A stretch of DNA of 64,000 nucleotides from an uncultured Chloroflexia bacterium (GCA_963702535.1 CAVPDG010000004.1:94609-158608); one strand, 5' to 3'. Positions 49,843-60,356 are shown, numbered from the stretch's first letter. The notes: a model not told the origin generated them from the sequence alone. A program made the numbers and translations.

Positions 49843-50733
49843 TCAGGGTTTCACTTGTTCATTATAAGCATAGGCCGGAGTCGTTTCGGTTAAAAAGCTC
49901 CGGATGATCCCAACCGTGACATCCTTCTCCTCTATTTGTGGGTTATGACCAGCGCACTCAATTAACTCCAGGCGGGCGTCCGGTATGCGATCTGCCAGGA
50001 TAGCTTGATGTTCCGGCGGGAACAGGAAGTCGTAGCGCCCTGCCGTGACCAGCGTGGGCACTTGAATCTCACCGAGCCGGTCCATCACCGTCCAGCCTTG
50101 GAGCATCTGGCCGTAACCAAAGATGAGGGCTTCGGGCCGCAATTTCATCGGCGGGCCCAATCCTAATTTCATTGCAAGCGTGATAATGCCGGGTTGATCC
50201 AAGAGGCTGGAGTGGTACGAGTACGCCTTCAAGAATTTTCTTAAAGTGGGAAAGTAATCATCGACCGTCACCTGCCCGTTTAAGAAACGGTGGGCTGCTT
50301 CCACAGTCTCGGCGTTGTAGCCCCGTTTCGCCAGGAGCTCGGGAGCATTGTGGTTCACCCACCACTGGTCACCACCGGTATTCATCAAGATCAGACGGGA
50401 GAGCCTTTGCGGGTAACGGAGCGCATACTCCAGGGCGACATTCCCGCCAAATGAATGCCCAAGGACGATCCATTGGTCGTAGCCGAGCTCCTGGCGCAGA
50501 GTGTCTGCATCGGCGGTGAGGTTGTCCATCGTCATCGTCGATGCTTCCGCTCCCTCAGAACGGCCGTTGCAGCGGTGGTCATAGAAGATCAGGGTGTATT
50601 GGTCCGCTAAAGGCTCCAGGGGCAGCAGGGTGGTGTGATCCAGGCTGGGACCACCGTGCATGAGCACCAGCGGGTATCCTTGTCCCATGACTTTCACGAA
50701 GAGGGATACATCTCGAATCTGCATGTGTGTCAT
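49843..50733 (-). CDS. Alpha/beta hydrolase (proline-iminopeptidase-like), intact
   Basis: 296 aa. PLVLMHGGPSLDH, nucleophile elbow VLGHSFGG, C-terminal ECAGHNPQIE (His of the triad). Confidence 0.85.
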   Translation of the reverse strand: MTHMQIRDVSLFVKVMGQGYPLVLMHGGPSLDHTTLLPLEPLADQYTLIFYDHRCNGRSEGAEASTMTMDNLTADADTLRQELGYDQWIVLGHSFGGNVALEYALRYPQRLSRLILMNTGGDQWWVNHNAPELLAKRGYNAETVEAAHRFLNGQVTVDDYFPTLRKFLKAYSYHSSLLDQPGIITLAMKLGLGPPMKLRPEALIFGYGQMLQGWTVMDRLGEIQVPTLVTAGRYDFLFPPEHQAILADRIPDARLELIECAGHNPQIEEKDVTVGIIRSFLTETTPAYAYNEQVKP

Positions 50734-50770
50734 TTTCTACTCTCCTAAAAATCGGCACGCTAAACTGCGG

Positions 50771-51001
50771 TTAATCCTTATCGGAATCCAGGGCAGGTGG
50801 ACTGCCGCTGGTGACTGAGATTAAGGTCAGGTTGAGATCGCGGATGCGCTCCAAAACCCCGTGCAGCGCCGCCTGGTCGGTTAGTGCGCCTGAAAGTAAT
50901 GTCTCGTCTCCATCCAGGTGAGTCAGCGTCATGCCCGCAAACCAGTCCGACCAGCGGGTGTCCAGGCGCCCCTTGATTTTGATCTCGTAATAATCCGCCA
51001 T
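50771..51001 (-). CDS. Small conserved hypothetical protein
   Basis: 76 aa, MADYYEIKIKGRLDTRWSDWFAGMTLTHLDGDETLLSGALTDQAALHGVLERIRDLNLTLISV. The composition is protein-like and no function is known to me. Confidence 0.45.
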   Translation of the reverse strand: MADYYEIKIKGRLDTRWSDWFAGMTLTHLDGDETLLSGALTDQAALHGVLERIRDLNLTLISVTSGSPPALDSDKD

Positions 51002-51162
51002 AGCCGCTCCTTAATTCCAGTGATTATCAATAGTTTAGCGCTGGCTGTTGTTCCCCGCATCTGCCAAAAGGGATATCCGCGGTTTATTTTTCGGGTTTAC
51101 TTGTAAACTTATTTACCGGCAGGATCTGGAAAAATTGGTGCAGGTATTACCAGAAGAAAAAC

Positions 51163-51212
51163 GAGAAAATGAGCTGTGTGCGGGCTTTAGCCCGCACACA
51201 GCTCATTTTCTC
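51163..51212 (-). terminator. Perfect 23-bp hairpin terminator downstream of the MalT/LuxR gene
   Basis: GAGAAAATGAGCTGTGTGCGGGC-TTTA-GCCCGCACACAGCTCATTTTCTC. On the minus strand it is followed by GTTTTTCTTCTG. Confidence 0.7.
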
Positions 51213-51312
51213 GAATATTCTTCATCCCCCGCTAGCCGGGCAGGGCTGGGGGCTAAGATTTAGAACAAGCCTGGAAAGATACAATCAGGGGTTAAATCTT
51301 GCCTGCTGGGGG

Positions 51313-54019
51313 TCAAGGCAAGATGCCGAACTGCCGGGCATGCGCCACCGCTTCGGTCCGGTTGGCTACGTCCAGCTTGCGGTAGATGCTTGCGGTGTGC
51401 GCTTTCACCGTCCCTGGCGATACGATGAGTTGCCGCGCGATCTCCTGGTTGCTCCTGCCCAGGGCAATGAGCTCAAGCACTTCCATCTCGCGCCCGGTGA
51501 GTGCCTCGATTAGCCCCGCGGGTTGAGTGCGTGGCTGGTTTGCCGGGCTCGTTAGTGCAAACGCCCCCAGTATTTTCTGGGCGTAGGGTTTATGCTTTGC
51601 CTCGGTAGACCGCAGGTGGGCAGCCAGTAGCTCGTGAACCGGCTCTCCCATGTCCAAGAAGACGCGCACGTACCCCTCTGCCTCCGCTAGCGCCAGGCAG
51701 GTTTCGATCTGTTGCATGGCTTCAGCCACGCGCCCTTGTCCCGCTGCTGCCGCTGCCAGCAGCAGGCTTCCTTCCAATTGCCTGGTCGTCTGGCTCGCAC
51801 CGGCGAATGCCAGCGTTTCCCCGGCGAGCAGTTCTTCCACTTCGGCGTACCGTCCTTGCGCCAGGCGGATTTGTCCCAGCGTCAGCCGGTACAGCTCCCT
51901 ATGCAGGTGGAAGTCCTCGCTCAGCAGCACATCCTCCGCCCACTGCGCCGCCGCTCGCAAGTCTCCCCTTGCCAGCGCCACGCGCGCTCTCAGCGTGCGC
52001 AGGTCCTCGTCGAATTCGCGCGGCTGGGCGTGCTCATGCAGCCTGGCTTCGAGCTTCTCCACGCTTTGCATCGCCGCGCCGTAGTCTCTCTTGGCGATGA
52101 GCACGCGTGTTAGCGCCGTCCATCCGAAGCCGTCCGTCATGATATTCCGCCACGGCTCGTTGTCTTTCAGCCCCTCACGGATGTATCTCTCAGCCTCCTC
52201 CAGGCGGTTCCATTCGGATAGCGCCTCCCCCAGGTCGATCTTCATGCTGCCCGATGTGTAGACAAACCGCACGCCTCTCTCCTCGATCGACGCCAGGTAT
52301 TCTCGGCACAGCTCGGCGGCTGCGTGCAGGCGCCCCATGATCAGGTAGAGACGGCTCAGGAATGGCACCAGCGTGGGGACGTTTGCTGTTCCCCGTAGCG
52401 CCTTCTCGCGCTGGATGCACTCGAGTGAAACATCCACCGCCCGCTCCAGCTCACCTCGTCGCGCCAGCGCCATCCCGTACAGAATATCTGCCGCGTTGCG
52501 CAGCAATGGGTCCTGCGCCGGTATCTCATCCAGTAAGCGGTATTCGGGCAGGGGAGCCAGGCTGCTCGCCTCTGCCGGCGAGGCAAGGAAAGCCACAGCC
52601 GTATCGATGAAGATGAGCATCCAGCGCTGACCGGATTTGCCTTCTCCCTTTTCGAGTTGTTGCCTCAAGTCGTTCAACAATGGACGGGCTTTTGCGATGC
52701 GCGCCTGGGTGATCATCAGCCACGCCTGGTACAATCCGATTTTCGGTCGTGCCAGGATCATCGCTTGCGGCAGGCTCTCCGCCAGCAGCAGCACCGTCGG
52801 GTCGCTCTCTGCCAGGCGTTGCGCTCCGTAGCGCTCAACCAGCTCCCCTGCCTTGTCCACCGCCTCGGCAGCCAGCAGGTGCTGGATCGCCTCGCCGATC
52901 AATCCGTTCTGCTCCAGCCAGGCGGAAGCTTTTATATGCAGTTTGAGGATCAGCTCGGGTTGGCTTTGCTGCAGCCGGGCGCGCAGCAGGTCGGCGAACA
53001 GTTGGTGGTAGCGGTACCACGTCCGCTCATCGTCCAGCGCAACCAGGAAGAGGTTTGCCCTTTCCATATCCTCCAGGATAGATCCGGGAGTCGAGCGCCT
53101 GCGTTTCCGGCTCTCTTTCCGCTGTCCATTCCTGAGGCTCGCGGATTGCCTCGCACAGCGGGGCGCACAAACGCTCCAAAATCGACGTGCGCAACAGGAA
53201 TTCCTGAATTTGCTGCGGCTGGCTTGCCAGCACCTCCTCCAGCAGGTAATCCAGAATGTAGCGGTTACTGCCCGAGAAGCCTTCGATGAACCCACGCCCA
53301 TCTTTTCGCTCGCGCAGCGAAAGTGCCGCCATTTGTAGCCCGGCGATCCAACCCTCCGTTCGCTCTTCGAGGCTGGCTACGGCTGCGGCGTCCAGTTTTA
53401 AACCCATCATCTCGTTGAGGAACTGGTTTGCTTCGGACTCGCTGAAGCGCAGGTCAACCGCCCGCAGTTCCACCACTTGCCCGCGCGCCCTTAAACGCGC
53501 CACCGGTAGCGGCGGGTCCGAGCGGCTGGCGATCACCAGGTGCAGGCGATTCGGGCAGTGCTCGAGCAGAAAAGCCACTGCCTCGTGCACTGCCGGGTTG
53601 GTGATGAACTGGTAATCGTCCAGCGCCAGTGCGATTTCCCCCGTAGCCCCCTCCAGGTCGTTGATCAGGCTCGTCAAAACGGCTTCCGGCAGCGCTTGCG
53701 GCGCAGCCATCAGCAGTTGCGCCGCCTCGCCTCCGATAACCGCATCCACTCCCTGCAGGGCAGCCGTCAGGTAGCTCAGGAAGCGCCCCACCAGATTGTC
53801 GCCCTTGTCCAGCGATACCCAAGCCCCGCGCACGCCGCAGCTCGCCATGCAGCTTGCCAACAGCGTCGTCTTCCCGAAACCTGCCGGAGCTGTGATGAGC
53901 GTCAGCGGACCTTTCAACCCCTCCGCCATCTGCGCCAGCAGTCGCGGCCGCCCCACCAGGCTGGGCCGGGTGAAGGGTGGGTGCAGCTTCGTGCGAAGAA
54001 GCAGGTCAACCTTTTGCAT
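51313..54019 (-). pseudogene. MalT-like LuxR-family regulator (NTPase + helical repeats + C-terminal HTH); one frameshift
   Basis: N-terminal P-loop LITAPAGFGKTTLLAS and LALDDYQ (53027..54019). The section ...ILEDMERANLFLVALDDERTWYRYHQLFADLL, the TPR-like repeats and the LuxR HTH LTGREMEVLELIALGRSNQEIARQLIVSPGTVKAHTASIYRKLDV lie in 51313..53301. The shift is at about 53081-53092. Confidence 0.85.
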
Positions 54020-54112
54020 GCCTCAATCTCAGGTCAATGGATTGTTGGTTTCACTTGATTATCGGCTTCTATGGATAGATGCAAATATTATATACGATCC
54101 CAAGAAAATAAA

Positions 54113-54136
54113 ATCGCCCAGCGTTCGCTGAGCGAT
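54113..54136 (-). terminator. Hairpin terminator after the sugar ABC operon
   Basis: ATCGCCCAGCG-TT-CGCTGAGCGAT with one mismatch. On the minus strand it is followed by TTTTATTTTCTT. Confidence 0.5.
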
Positions 54137-54167
54137 CTTCGAAAATCCCTTGACCCGTGTGACGGGT

Positions 54168-55082
54168 TTATCTTTTTGCCGTCCGGATGCTGCTTACCGC
54201 CACTGCCGCCGCAAGCACCAACCCTTTGACAATCACCTGGATGTACGGGTTGATATTTAGCAGGTTCAGCCCATTGATGATAATCGTCATCGTCAGCACG
54301 CCGACCAGCGTTCCCCACACATTCCCTACGCCGCCGTAAATGCTTGTGCCTCCCAGCACTGCCGCGGCAATGGCATCCATTTCCATACCGCCGCCGTTAT
54401 TGGGGTGCCCGTTTGCAACTCTGGCTGTGAGCAGCACGCTTGCAAAAGCAGCGAAGAAACCGCACACCATGTAGATGATAAAAGTGTATTTCCTTACAGA
54501 TATTCCGGATAGATATACCGCTTCCACATTCCCGCCCAGCCCATAAATGATCCGCCCGAACCCGGTGTTTTGCAGTATCCATTGGACGATGAAATAGACG
54601 ATGACCACCAGGATGATGGATACGGGGATCAGCCAGATCTTACCGCTGCCCAGGTATTTGACCGCGCTGTGTGCCGGCAGGTTGATGCTGTACCCCTGGG
54701 TGATCGTAAACGCAATGCCGCTGTAGGTCATCGCCGTGGCAAGCGTGGCGATGATCGCCGGTATCTTCAGGATGGTGATCAGGAATCCGTTGAACAGTCC
54801 CAGCCCGATCCCCAGGGCAAAAACGATGGGGATGGCTATGGATAACGGCATGCCGGCATTTTTGATCAGCATGGCAAGGATGACGCTGGTCAGGCTGATA
54901 TTGGATGCCACCGATAGGTCGATGCCCCCGGAGATGATGACGATGGTGATTCCCAATGCCACCATCGCCAGCGGCGCCGATTGCCGGAAGATATTGACAA
55001 AATTGGTCATCGTTAAGAAGTACGGGCTGAGAACGCTGAAGACAATAATAAGCAAAATTGTCGCCAGCAACACATTGCCCAC
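54168..55082 (-). CDS. Sugar ABC transporter permease (RbsC/XylH-like)
   Basis: Many TM helices, with IIISGGIDLSVASN and VLGGTSIYGGVGNVWGTLVGVL typical of the family. The N-terminus is unresolved. Protein-like sequence (...VEKKATKNKYQ / ...AREAIKKGYGKLGIV) continues upstream in two frames up to the ATPase stop at 55160. Confidence 0.82.
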   Translation of the reverse strand: MGNVLLATILLIIVFSVLSPYFLTMTNFVNIFRQSAPLAMVALGITIVIISGGIDLSVASNISLTSVILAMLIKNAGMPLSIAIPIVFALGIGLGLFNGFLITILKIPAIIATLATAMTYSGIAFTITQGYSINLPAHSAVKYLGSGKIWLIPVSIILVVIVYFIVQWILQNTGFGRIIYGLGGNVEAVYLSGISVRKYTFIIYMVCGFFAAFASVLLTARVANGHPNNGGGMEMDAIAAAVLGGTSIYGGVGNVWGTLVGVLTMTIIINGLNLLNINPYIQVIVKGLVLAAAVAVSSIRTAKR

Positions 55083-55159
55083 AATGCCGAGTTTGCCATA
55101 GCCCTTTTTGATGGCCTCCCTGGCATTGGTATTTGTTCTTTGTCGCCTTCTTCTCTACA

Positions 55160-56679
55160 TCATACACTGCTGATTCCTGTCCCGGTTGCATAGCGTACGA
55201 TTTCCTCCATCGTAGTATTCTGGTTGCATTCATGTACATTTTGCCCGTTGTACATGACTACGATCCTGTCGCTGACTTTTTTCACTTCTTCCAGCTCCGA
55301 GGATACGAAAATGATGCTTTTACCATCCCTGGAGAGCTTATCGACAAGCTCGTAGATTTCAGCTTTGGAGCCCACATCGATGCCTCGGGTAGGCTCATCC
55401 ATCAAGATGATGTCGCTGTTCGCCAGTAGCCATTTTCCGATGACTACTTTCTGCTGGTTGCCTCCAGACAGGCTGCTGACGCTCGAGCTCAGCTTGTCGT
55501 ACCTCAGGTTCAGCGCGCCGGCTTGCTCCTTTACCTTGGCGTTGGCTTTGGCTTTGCGGATGACGGGACCTGTGGAAAATCTGGCAAGGTTGGGGAAAAG
55601 CATGTTATCGAAGATCGACATCGAAAGAATAACACCTTCAGCTTTTCTGTCCTCCGTGATCAGCGCAATGCGGTTGTCCAAAGCGGTGATCGGGCTTGTG
55701 GGCTTATACGGTTTTCCATGGATGAAAAATTCGCCGCTTTTTATTTTCAGTGCCCCGAAAATGCATTTCAATAGTTCGGTTCGTCCCGCCCCCACCAGAC
55801 CGGCAATGCCGAGCACCTCGCCTTGCTTGAGCTCGAAGCTGAAATTCTTGATCTTATTGGAATAGCTCACATTGATAGCTAGAAAACACAACCGGTCTGT
55901 CCGTTTGCTTTTGCTACGGCTTTTTCTTTACTGGATACCTGTGTTTTTTCTTTCGGTATCATCAGTTTGACCAGGTCTTCCTTCGTTAATTCCGGGGTGT
56001 TTTCAATCGTTGTTACCAGCTTTGAGTCTTCAAGAACCGTGATCCGGTCGGAAATCTCGAGTATCTCTTCCAGCCTGTGGGAGATATATATAATCGCCAG
56101 CCCTTTCTTCTTCAGATCGTTCATCACCTTGAAAAGCATTTCTACTTCTTCGAAAGTAAGGCTGGCGGTGGGCTCATCCATGATCAGGATTCTGGCTTCT
56201 TTGGAGAGGGCTTTCGCAATCTCCACCAGTTGTCTTTCAGCGATGGATAATTTAGATATCTTCTGCGTCGGGTCGATCTGCGTGCCGAGCCCCTTGAGGA
56301 TCTCAGCCGCTTTCCGGTTCACCTCTTTCCAATTGATCGCCGGGAAAGTTTTGTAATTGGGAAATCTTCCAAAGTAGATGTTTTCTGCTGCAGTCATCTC
56401 ATTCATCAGCTTTAATTCCTGGTGGATGAGGATGATGCCCTTTTTCATCGCCTGCGAGGGGTGGTAGAAATAGACCTGCTCGCCCTGGTAGATGATTTCC
56501 CCCGTTGTTTGCGAAAACGTGCCGGCAAGGATGTTTGCCAGGGTCGATTTGCCTGACCCGTTGGTGCCGATCAGCGCATGGATCTCGCCTGCCCTGATAT
56601 CGAAGCTGACATCGTCCAATGCCTGCGTGCCAGGAAATATTTTGTCGATATGTCTCACTTCACATAAGATTTCGTCCAT
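55160..56679 (-). pseudogene. Sugar ABC transporter ATP-binding protein with two ABC domains (RbsA-like); one frameshift
   Basis: Domain 1 (55879..56679): GTNGSGKST, LSIAERQ, ILIMDEPT. Domain 2 (55160..55891): GLVGAGRTE, LSGGNQQK, IILMDEPTRGID. The frames join at the A4/T4 run at 55883-55886. Confidence 0.88.
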
Positions 56680-56987
56680 ATCAAAACCCTTAGATTGATC
56701 GGGGCTTGCGCAGTTCCATGAACCCCAATTTCCGGTTCATCTGATATAGGGATAAGCGGGGTATCACGCCTCGTCTGTTAGCCGAGGGGGTTCCGTGAAA
56801 TAATTTTTATAGACTGAAATAATTTTATTAGAAATCCATATTAATGTCAAGTTAATGTGGATTAAATATTTATTTCATTGGATGAATTAATTTTCATTTG
56901 TGTCAAAAAGGATTATAATATACTTAGTACAATCGCCGAGGTAACCCGCCACATCCATCAATTTTCAATCCAATTAAGGAGGCAAAA

Positions 56988-58028
56988 ATGCTACGCGTCG
57001 GAATTTCAGGCTACCAGATTTGGTATCATTCCATAGTTTTTGCTGAAGAGCTGCGTAAATCCAGCACAATGAAGGTCGTTAGCGTTTTTGACACCAATCC
57101 GGTGTTCGCCAAAAGGCTTGGCGAGGCTGCGGGAGGGGCGCAGGTCTTCACCGACATCGATCCATTCATCGCTTCCGGTTTAGATATGGTCATTATGGCA
57201 GGGCTTCCCTCCACCAAGCTCGCCGAGATCCGCAAGTACGCCGCCGCCAAAATCCATGTCCTGATCGATAAGCCCGTCGCCACCACTTCTGCGGATGCTC
57301 TGGAAATTGCCAATGTCTGCAACAAAGCCAACGTAAAAGCGATGGTTGGTTATAACCTCCATTCATCACAGACCATGCGGCAGGCTCACGAAATCTTGAA
57401 AGAGGGCAAGCTTGGTAAGCCGGTATACGCCTTTTTTGCCTACGACGGACCCATGCTTCAAGAAACTGAATGGAGCACGAAGCCTGGTTGGCTCATGGAT
57501 CCCAAGGAAAATATGAGTTACTGGTTCATCCACGTCGATCACGGCATCGATGCCTTGATGTGGTTGTTGGATGCCAAATATTCCGATGTCTTCGCCCAGC
57601 TCGAAAATATGGTTCATCCGGAGATCACCGATAATACCGACTGGGGGGTTGGCTTGTTCACCCTGGATAATGGCGTCAAAGCTATCCTCAAGTGTGACGG
57701 CATCGCCCCGGGTCCGTTTGAGATCTTGAACATCCGCATCGTGTGTGAAGATGGCGCCCTGGTCTGGGATTATTTCCCCACCCCGAAACTGCAGGTGACC
57801 GGCAATCAATTGACCTGGGGCAAGGTCTGGGAATACGAATGCCAGGACGACCTGAGAAACGGCATGGCGCGCATGGCAGAGGAATTTGCCTCGTATATCC
57901 TGGAAGATAAACCCGTTCCCAAATACCAGACCGTGGAGATCGCCGGCTACCGCCTGCTGAAAACTGCAGAAGCTGCCCATCAATCCAACGACGAGAAAAA
58001 ACTGGTCAAGATAACCTACGAAGTGTAG
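56988..58028 (+). CDS. Gfo/Idh/MocA-like oxidoreductase
   Basis: 346 aa. MLRVGISGYQIWYHS..., DMVIMAGLPSTKLAEIRKYAAAKIHVLIDKPVA. A possible TTTTCA-17 nt-TATAAT promoter lies about 60 nt upstream. Confidence 0.7.
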   Translation: MLRVGISGYQIWYHSIVFAEELRKSSTMKVVSVFDTNPVFAKRLGEAAGGAQVFTDIDPFIASGLDMVIMAGLPSTKLAEIRKYAAAKIHVLIDKPVATTSADALEIANVCNKANVKAMVGYNLHSSQTMRQAHEILKEGKLGKPVYAFFAYDGPMLQETEWSTKPGWLMDPKENMSYWFIHVDHGIDALMWLLDAKYSDVFAQLENMVHPEITDNTDWGVGLFTLDNGVKAILKCDGIAPGPFEILNIRIVCEDGALVWDYFPTPKLQVTGNQLTWGKVWEYECQDDLRNGMARMAEEFASYILEDKPVPKYQTVEIAGYRLLKTAEAAHQSNDEKKLVKITYEV

Positions 58029-58077
58029 CTCAAATTCAGGGGAACGCTGAATAGCGTCATACCCCCTGGCAACGGAA

Positions 58078-58113
58078 GGCAAAATCGCCCGGTTTTCACC
58101 GGGCGATTTTGCC
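58078..58113. terminator. 16-bp hairpin between convergent transcription units
   Basis: GGCAAAATCGCCCGGT-TTTC-ACCGGGCGATTTTGCC, sitting 50 nt after the stop at 58028. Confidence 0.55.
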
Positions 58114-58122
58114 AGAAGCGCA

Positions 58123-58296
58123 TCAGGTGTTCAGCGGGCAATCAACGGCAATAAGGTGCGGTATGGCTCGCCGCCCAAGACGAACTTGCTCAGGTGGCAG
58201 ATGGGGACGGCAAGAGGGGTTGCCTGCCAGTGCCTGGGGAATGCTGGCCGTAGCCAGCAGGACCGTAACAAGTAGCGAGAACAAGCGTTGTGCCAT
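58123..58296 (-). CDS. Possible small secreted protein (57 aa), not in the ORF track
   Basis: GGGAGG lies about 9 nt before the ATG at 58296. Translation: MAQRLFSLLVTVLLATASIPQALAGNPSCRPHLPPEQVRLGRRAIPHLIAVDCPLNT. The N-terminus is signal-peptide-like, but the mature part is not convincing in any single frame. Confidence 0.3.
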   Translation of the reverse strand: MAQRLFSLLVTVLLATASIPQALAGNPSCRPHLPPEQVRLGRRAIPHLIAVDCPLNT

Positions 58297-58388
58297 GAGC
58301 TTGATACCTCCCCTCTCACATATTCATTGTTGTGAAAATGATAGCACAAATTTGTGATTTCTACCGCGAACCAGGTTGCAGAGGTCAA

Positions 58389-58907
58389 TTATCCGGTCTG
58401 GAGCCACGCCAGGATTTTTTCCACCGCCTGGTCCACCAGGGCATCCGTGAAAGGGGTCAGACCGCGCTCGAAGCCAAAAGATTGGCCGCGCACCGAAACC
58501 AGGATGGATCGCGGCGCAGCGCCATACAGGCTGTGTGTGATAGAGAGCAAGCTTTCGGCGGTCATGTGATGGGTGAGCGGGGAGCGTTGGTAAACCGGGC
58601 TTAATTCTTGCCAGCTCAGATCATCAGGCAATGCGCCAGCGTGGGCATCGATAAACATCACCCGGTCATACGCGGTGAGCACTTCAGCCAGCTCGGGGGT
58701 GAGCTGAAGGGTGTAGAGCAAACCCAGGCGCGGGTCTGGCGGGGGCAGCTCACCTTCTGGCTCGGCAGGAAACGGCAGGCGTAAACGCTCAGCCAGCCGG
58801 CTCAGTACAGCCCACCCGACGCCGTCATCCTGCCGGTCGGCATTGCCATAGGCGATAAAAAGAGTGGAGGCGAAGCCTGGCTTCGCCTCCGTATGATCAA
58901 GCGTCAC
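58389..58907 (-). CDS. hoxW: [NiFe]-hydrogenase maturation endopeptidase
   Basis: 172 aa. FIAYGNADRQDDGVGWAV (GNxxxxDDGxG) and MFIDAH. It overlaps the end of the large-subunit gene. Confidence 0.8.
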   Translation of the reverse strand: MTLDHTEAKPGFASTLFIAYGNADRQDDGVGWAVLSRLAERLRLPFPAEPEGELPPPDPRLGLLYTLQLTPELAEVLTAYDRVMFIDAHAGALPDDLSWQELSPVYQRSPLTHHMTAESLLSITHSLYGAAPRSILVSVRGQSFGFERGLTPFTDALVDQAVEKILAWLQTG

Positions 58908-60336
58908 GGCGGAGCGTGTCGAGCAAAGCGCCGTCAGGTCCTTCCAGCTCGATCACGATCGGCATTTGTCCAACGGCGTGGGTTGAGCAAGAGAGGCAGG
59001 GATCATAGGCGCGCACCGCGGCTTCCACCCGGTTGAGCATGCCTTCGTGCAGGCGAGCGCCATCGACATAGGTTCTCGCAACCGAGTCCACCGCCTGGGA
59101 CATAGCCCAGTTGTTGTGTCCGGTGGCAACGATCAGGTTCACCCGCGTCAACTTGCCCGATTCATCCGCCCAATAGTGGTGGAACAGGGTGCCGCGCGGA
59201 GCTTCCAGGATGCCAACCCCTTCGCCCTGGTACGACTGGCGGGTGTTCAGGATATCCGTGGAGAGCACATCCGGATCATCGAGGATCACTGCGACGCGTT
59301 CGGCTGCGTAGAGGGCTTCAATCAGGCGAGCATAATGGTAATAGAGCGTGTTCTCCACCGGCAAGCCGCCGTTCAACGCTTTGAACTGGGTGTGTTCGGC
59401 GTTCGCCAGGGGGGTGTCGATCTGCTGCGCCACGTTGAGCCGTCCGAGCGGGCCAACGCGGTACACACCTTGTGGCCAACCCAGCTTCTTATAATAGGGG
59501 AACTTGAGATAAGACCAGCGCTCGACATGTTCGGCAATGTAGTCCAGGTACGATTCAGGCGCAAAGCGCTCAAGCTCGGCGCCGGTCGAGTCGATCAGGC
59601 GCACGGGACCATCGTACAGTTCAAGCGAGTTTTGGGGAGTGACCAGGCCCATATAGCCGGTGGGAAAAACGGCAAACTTCCGGATATCTTCCATGTTGCG
59701 GGCAGCCCAGTCCTTCATGATCGCCAGACCTGCCTGCAGGGCGGATATGGCAGCGTCTTTGCCGGCAAGGATGGCATCCCGCTCGGCAGGGGTGAGGGCT
59801 TTATTCACGCCACCGGCAACAGCAAAGACCGGGTGGATGCGCCGCCCACCCAGGGTGCGGATGATTTCTTGCCCGAACTTGCGCAGGTTTATCCCCTGCA
59901 GCGCCAGCTTGGGGTCGACCTGCGCCAGACCAATGACATTGCGCACGGCGGGATCACTGTCGAAGCCAAGCAGCAGGTCGGGTCCCGCCAACTCAAAGAA
60001 GTGCATGCCATGTGATTGGATGACCTGCCCCATGTGCATCAGCTCGCGCAGCAGGGATGCCGGGCGGGGCGGCGGGCAGCCCAGCACCTGGTCGGCAGTT
60101 TTAGCTGCAGCTAGGTGGTGGCTGACGGGACAGATACCGCAGATGCGCGGTGTGATCTGGGGCATTTCGATGACCAGGCGACCTTCGCAGAATTTTTCAA
60201 AGCCGCGAAATTCGTTGATGTGCAGGAAGGCGCGCTCCACAGTGCCATCATCTTGCAAGCGAATGGTGACTTTCGCATGGCCTTCGATACGCGTTACCGG
60301 CTCGATAGTGATTTTTCTAGAAATCGGTGTATTCAT
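58897..60336 (-). CDS. hoxH: [NiFe]-hydrogenase large subunit (group 3, cytosolic type)
   Basis: 479 aa, intact. RIEGHAKVTI, N-terminal Ni-binding PRICGICPVSHH, C-terminal DPCLSCSTH followed by a roughly 26-aa extension (protease substrate). Confidence 0.95.
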   Translation of the reverse strand: MNTPISRKITIEPVTRIEGHAKVTIRLQDDGTVERAFLHINEFRGFEKFCEGRLVIEMPQITPRICGICPVSHHLAAAKTADQVLGCPPPRPASLLRELMHMGQVIQSHGMHFFELAGPDLLLGFDSDPAVRNVIGLAQVDPKLALQGINLRKFGQEIIRTLGGRRIHPVFAVAGGVNKALTPAERDAILAGKDAAISALQAGLAIMKDWAARNMEDIRKFAVFPTGYMGLVTPQNSLELYDGPVRLIDSTGAELERFAPESYLDYIAEHVERWSYLKFPYYKKLGWPQGVYRVGPLGRLNVAQQIDTPLANAEHTQFKALNGGLPVENTLYYHYARLIEALYAAERVAVILDDPDVLSTDILNTRQSYQGEGVGILEAPRGTLFHHYWADESGKLTRVNLIVATGHNNWAMSQAVDSVARTYVDGARLHEGMLNRVEAAVRAYDPCLSCSTHAVGQMPIVIELEGPDGALLDTLRRDA

Positions 60337-60356
60337 AGGGTTCCATATCCAAAGAT

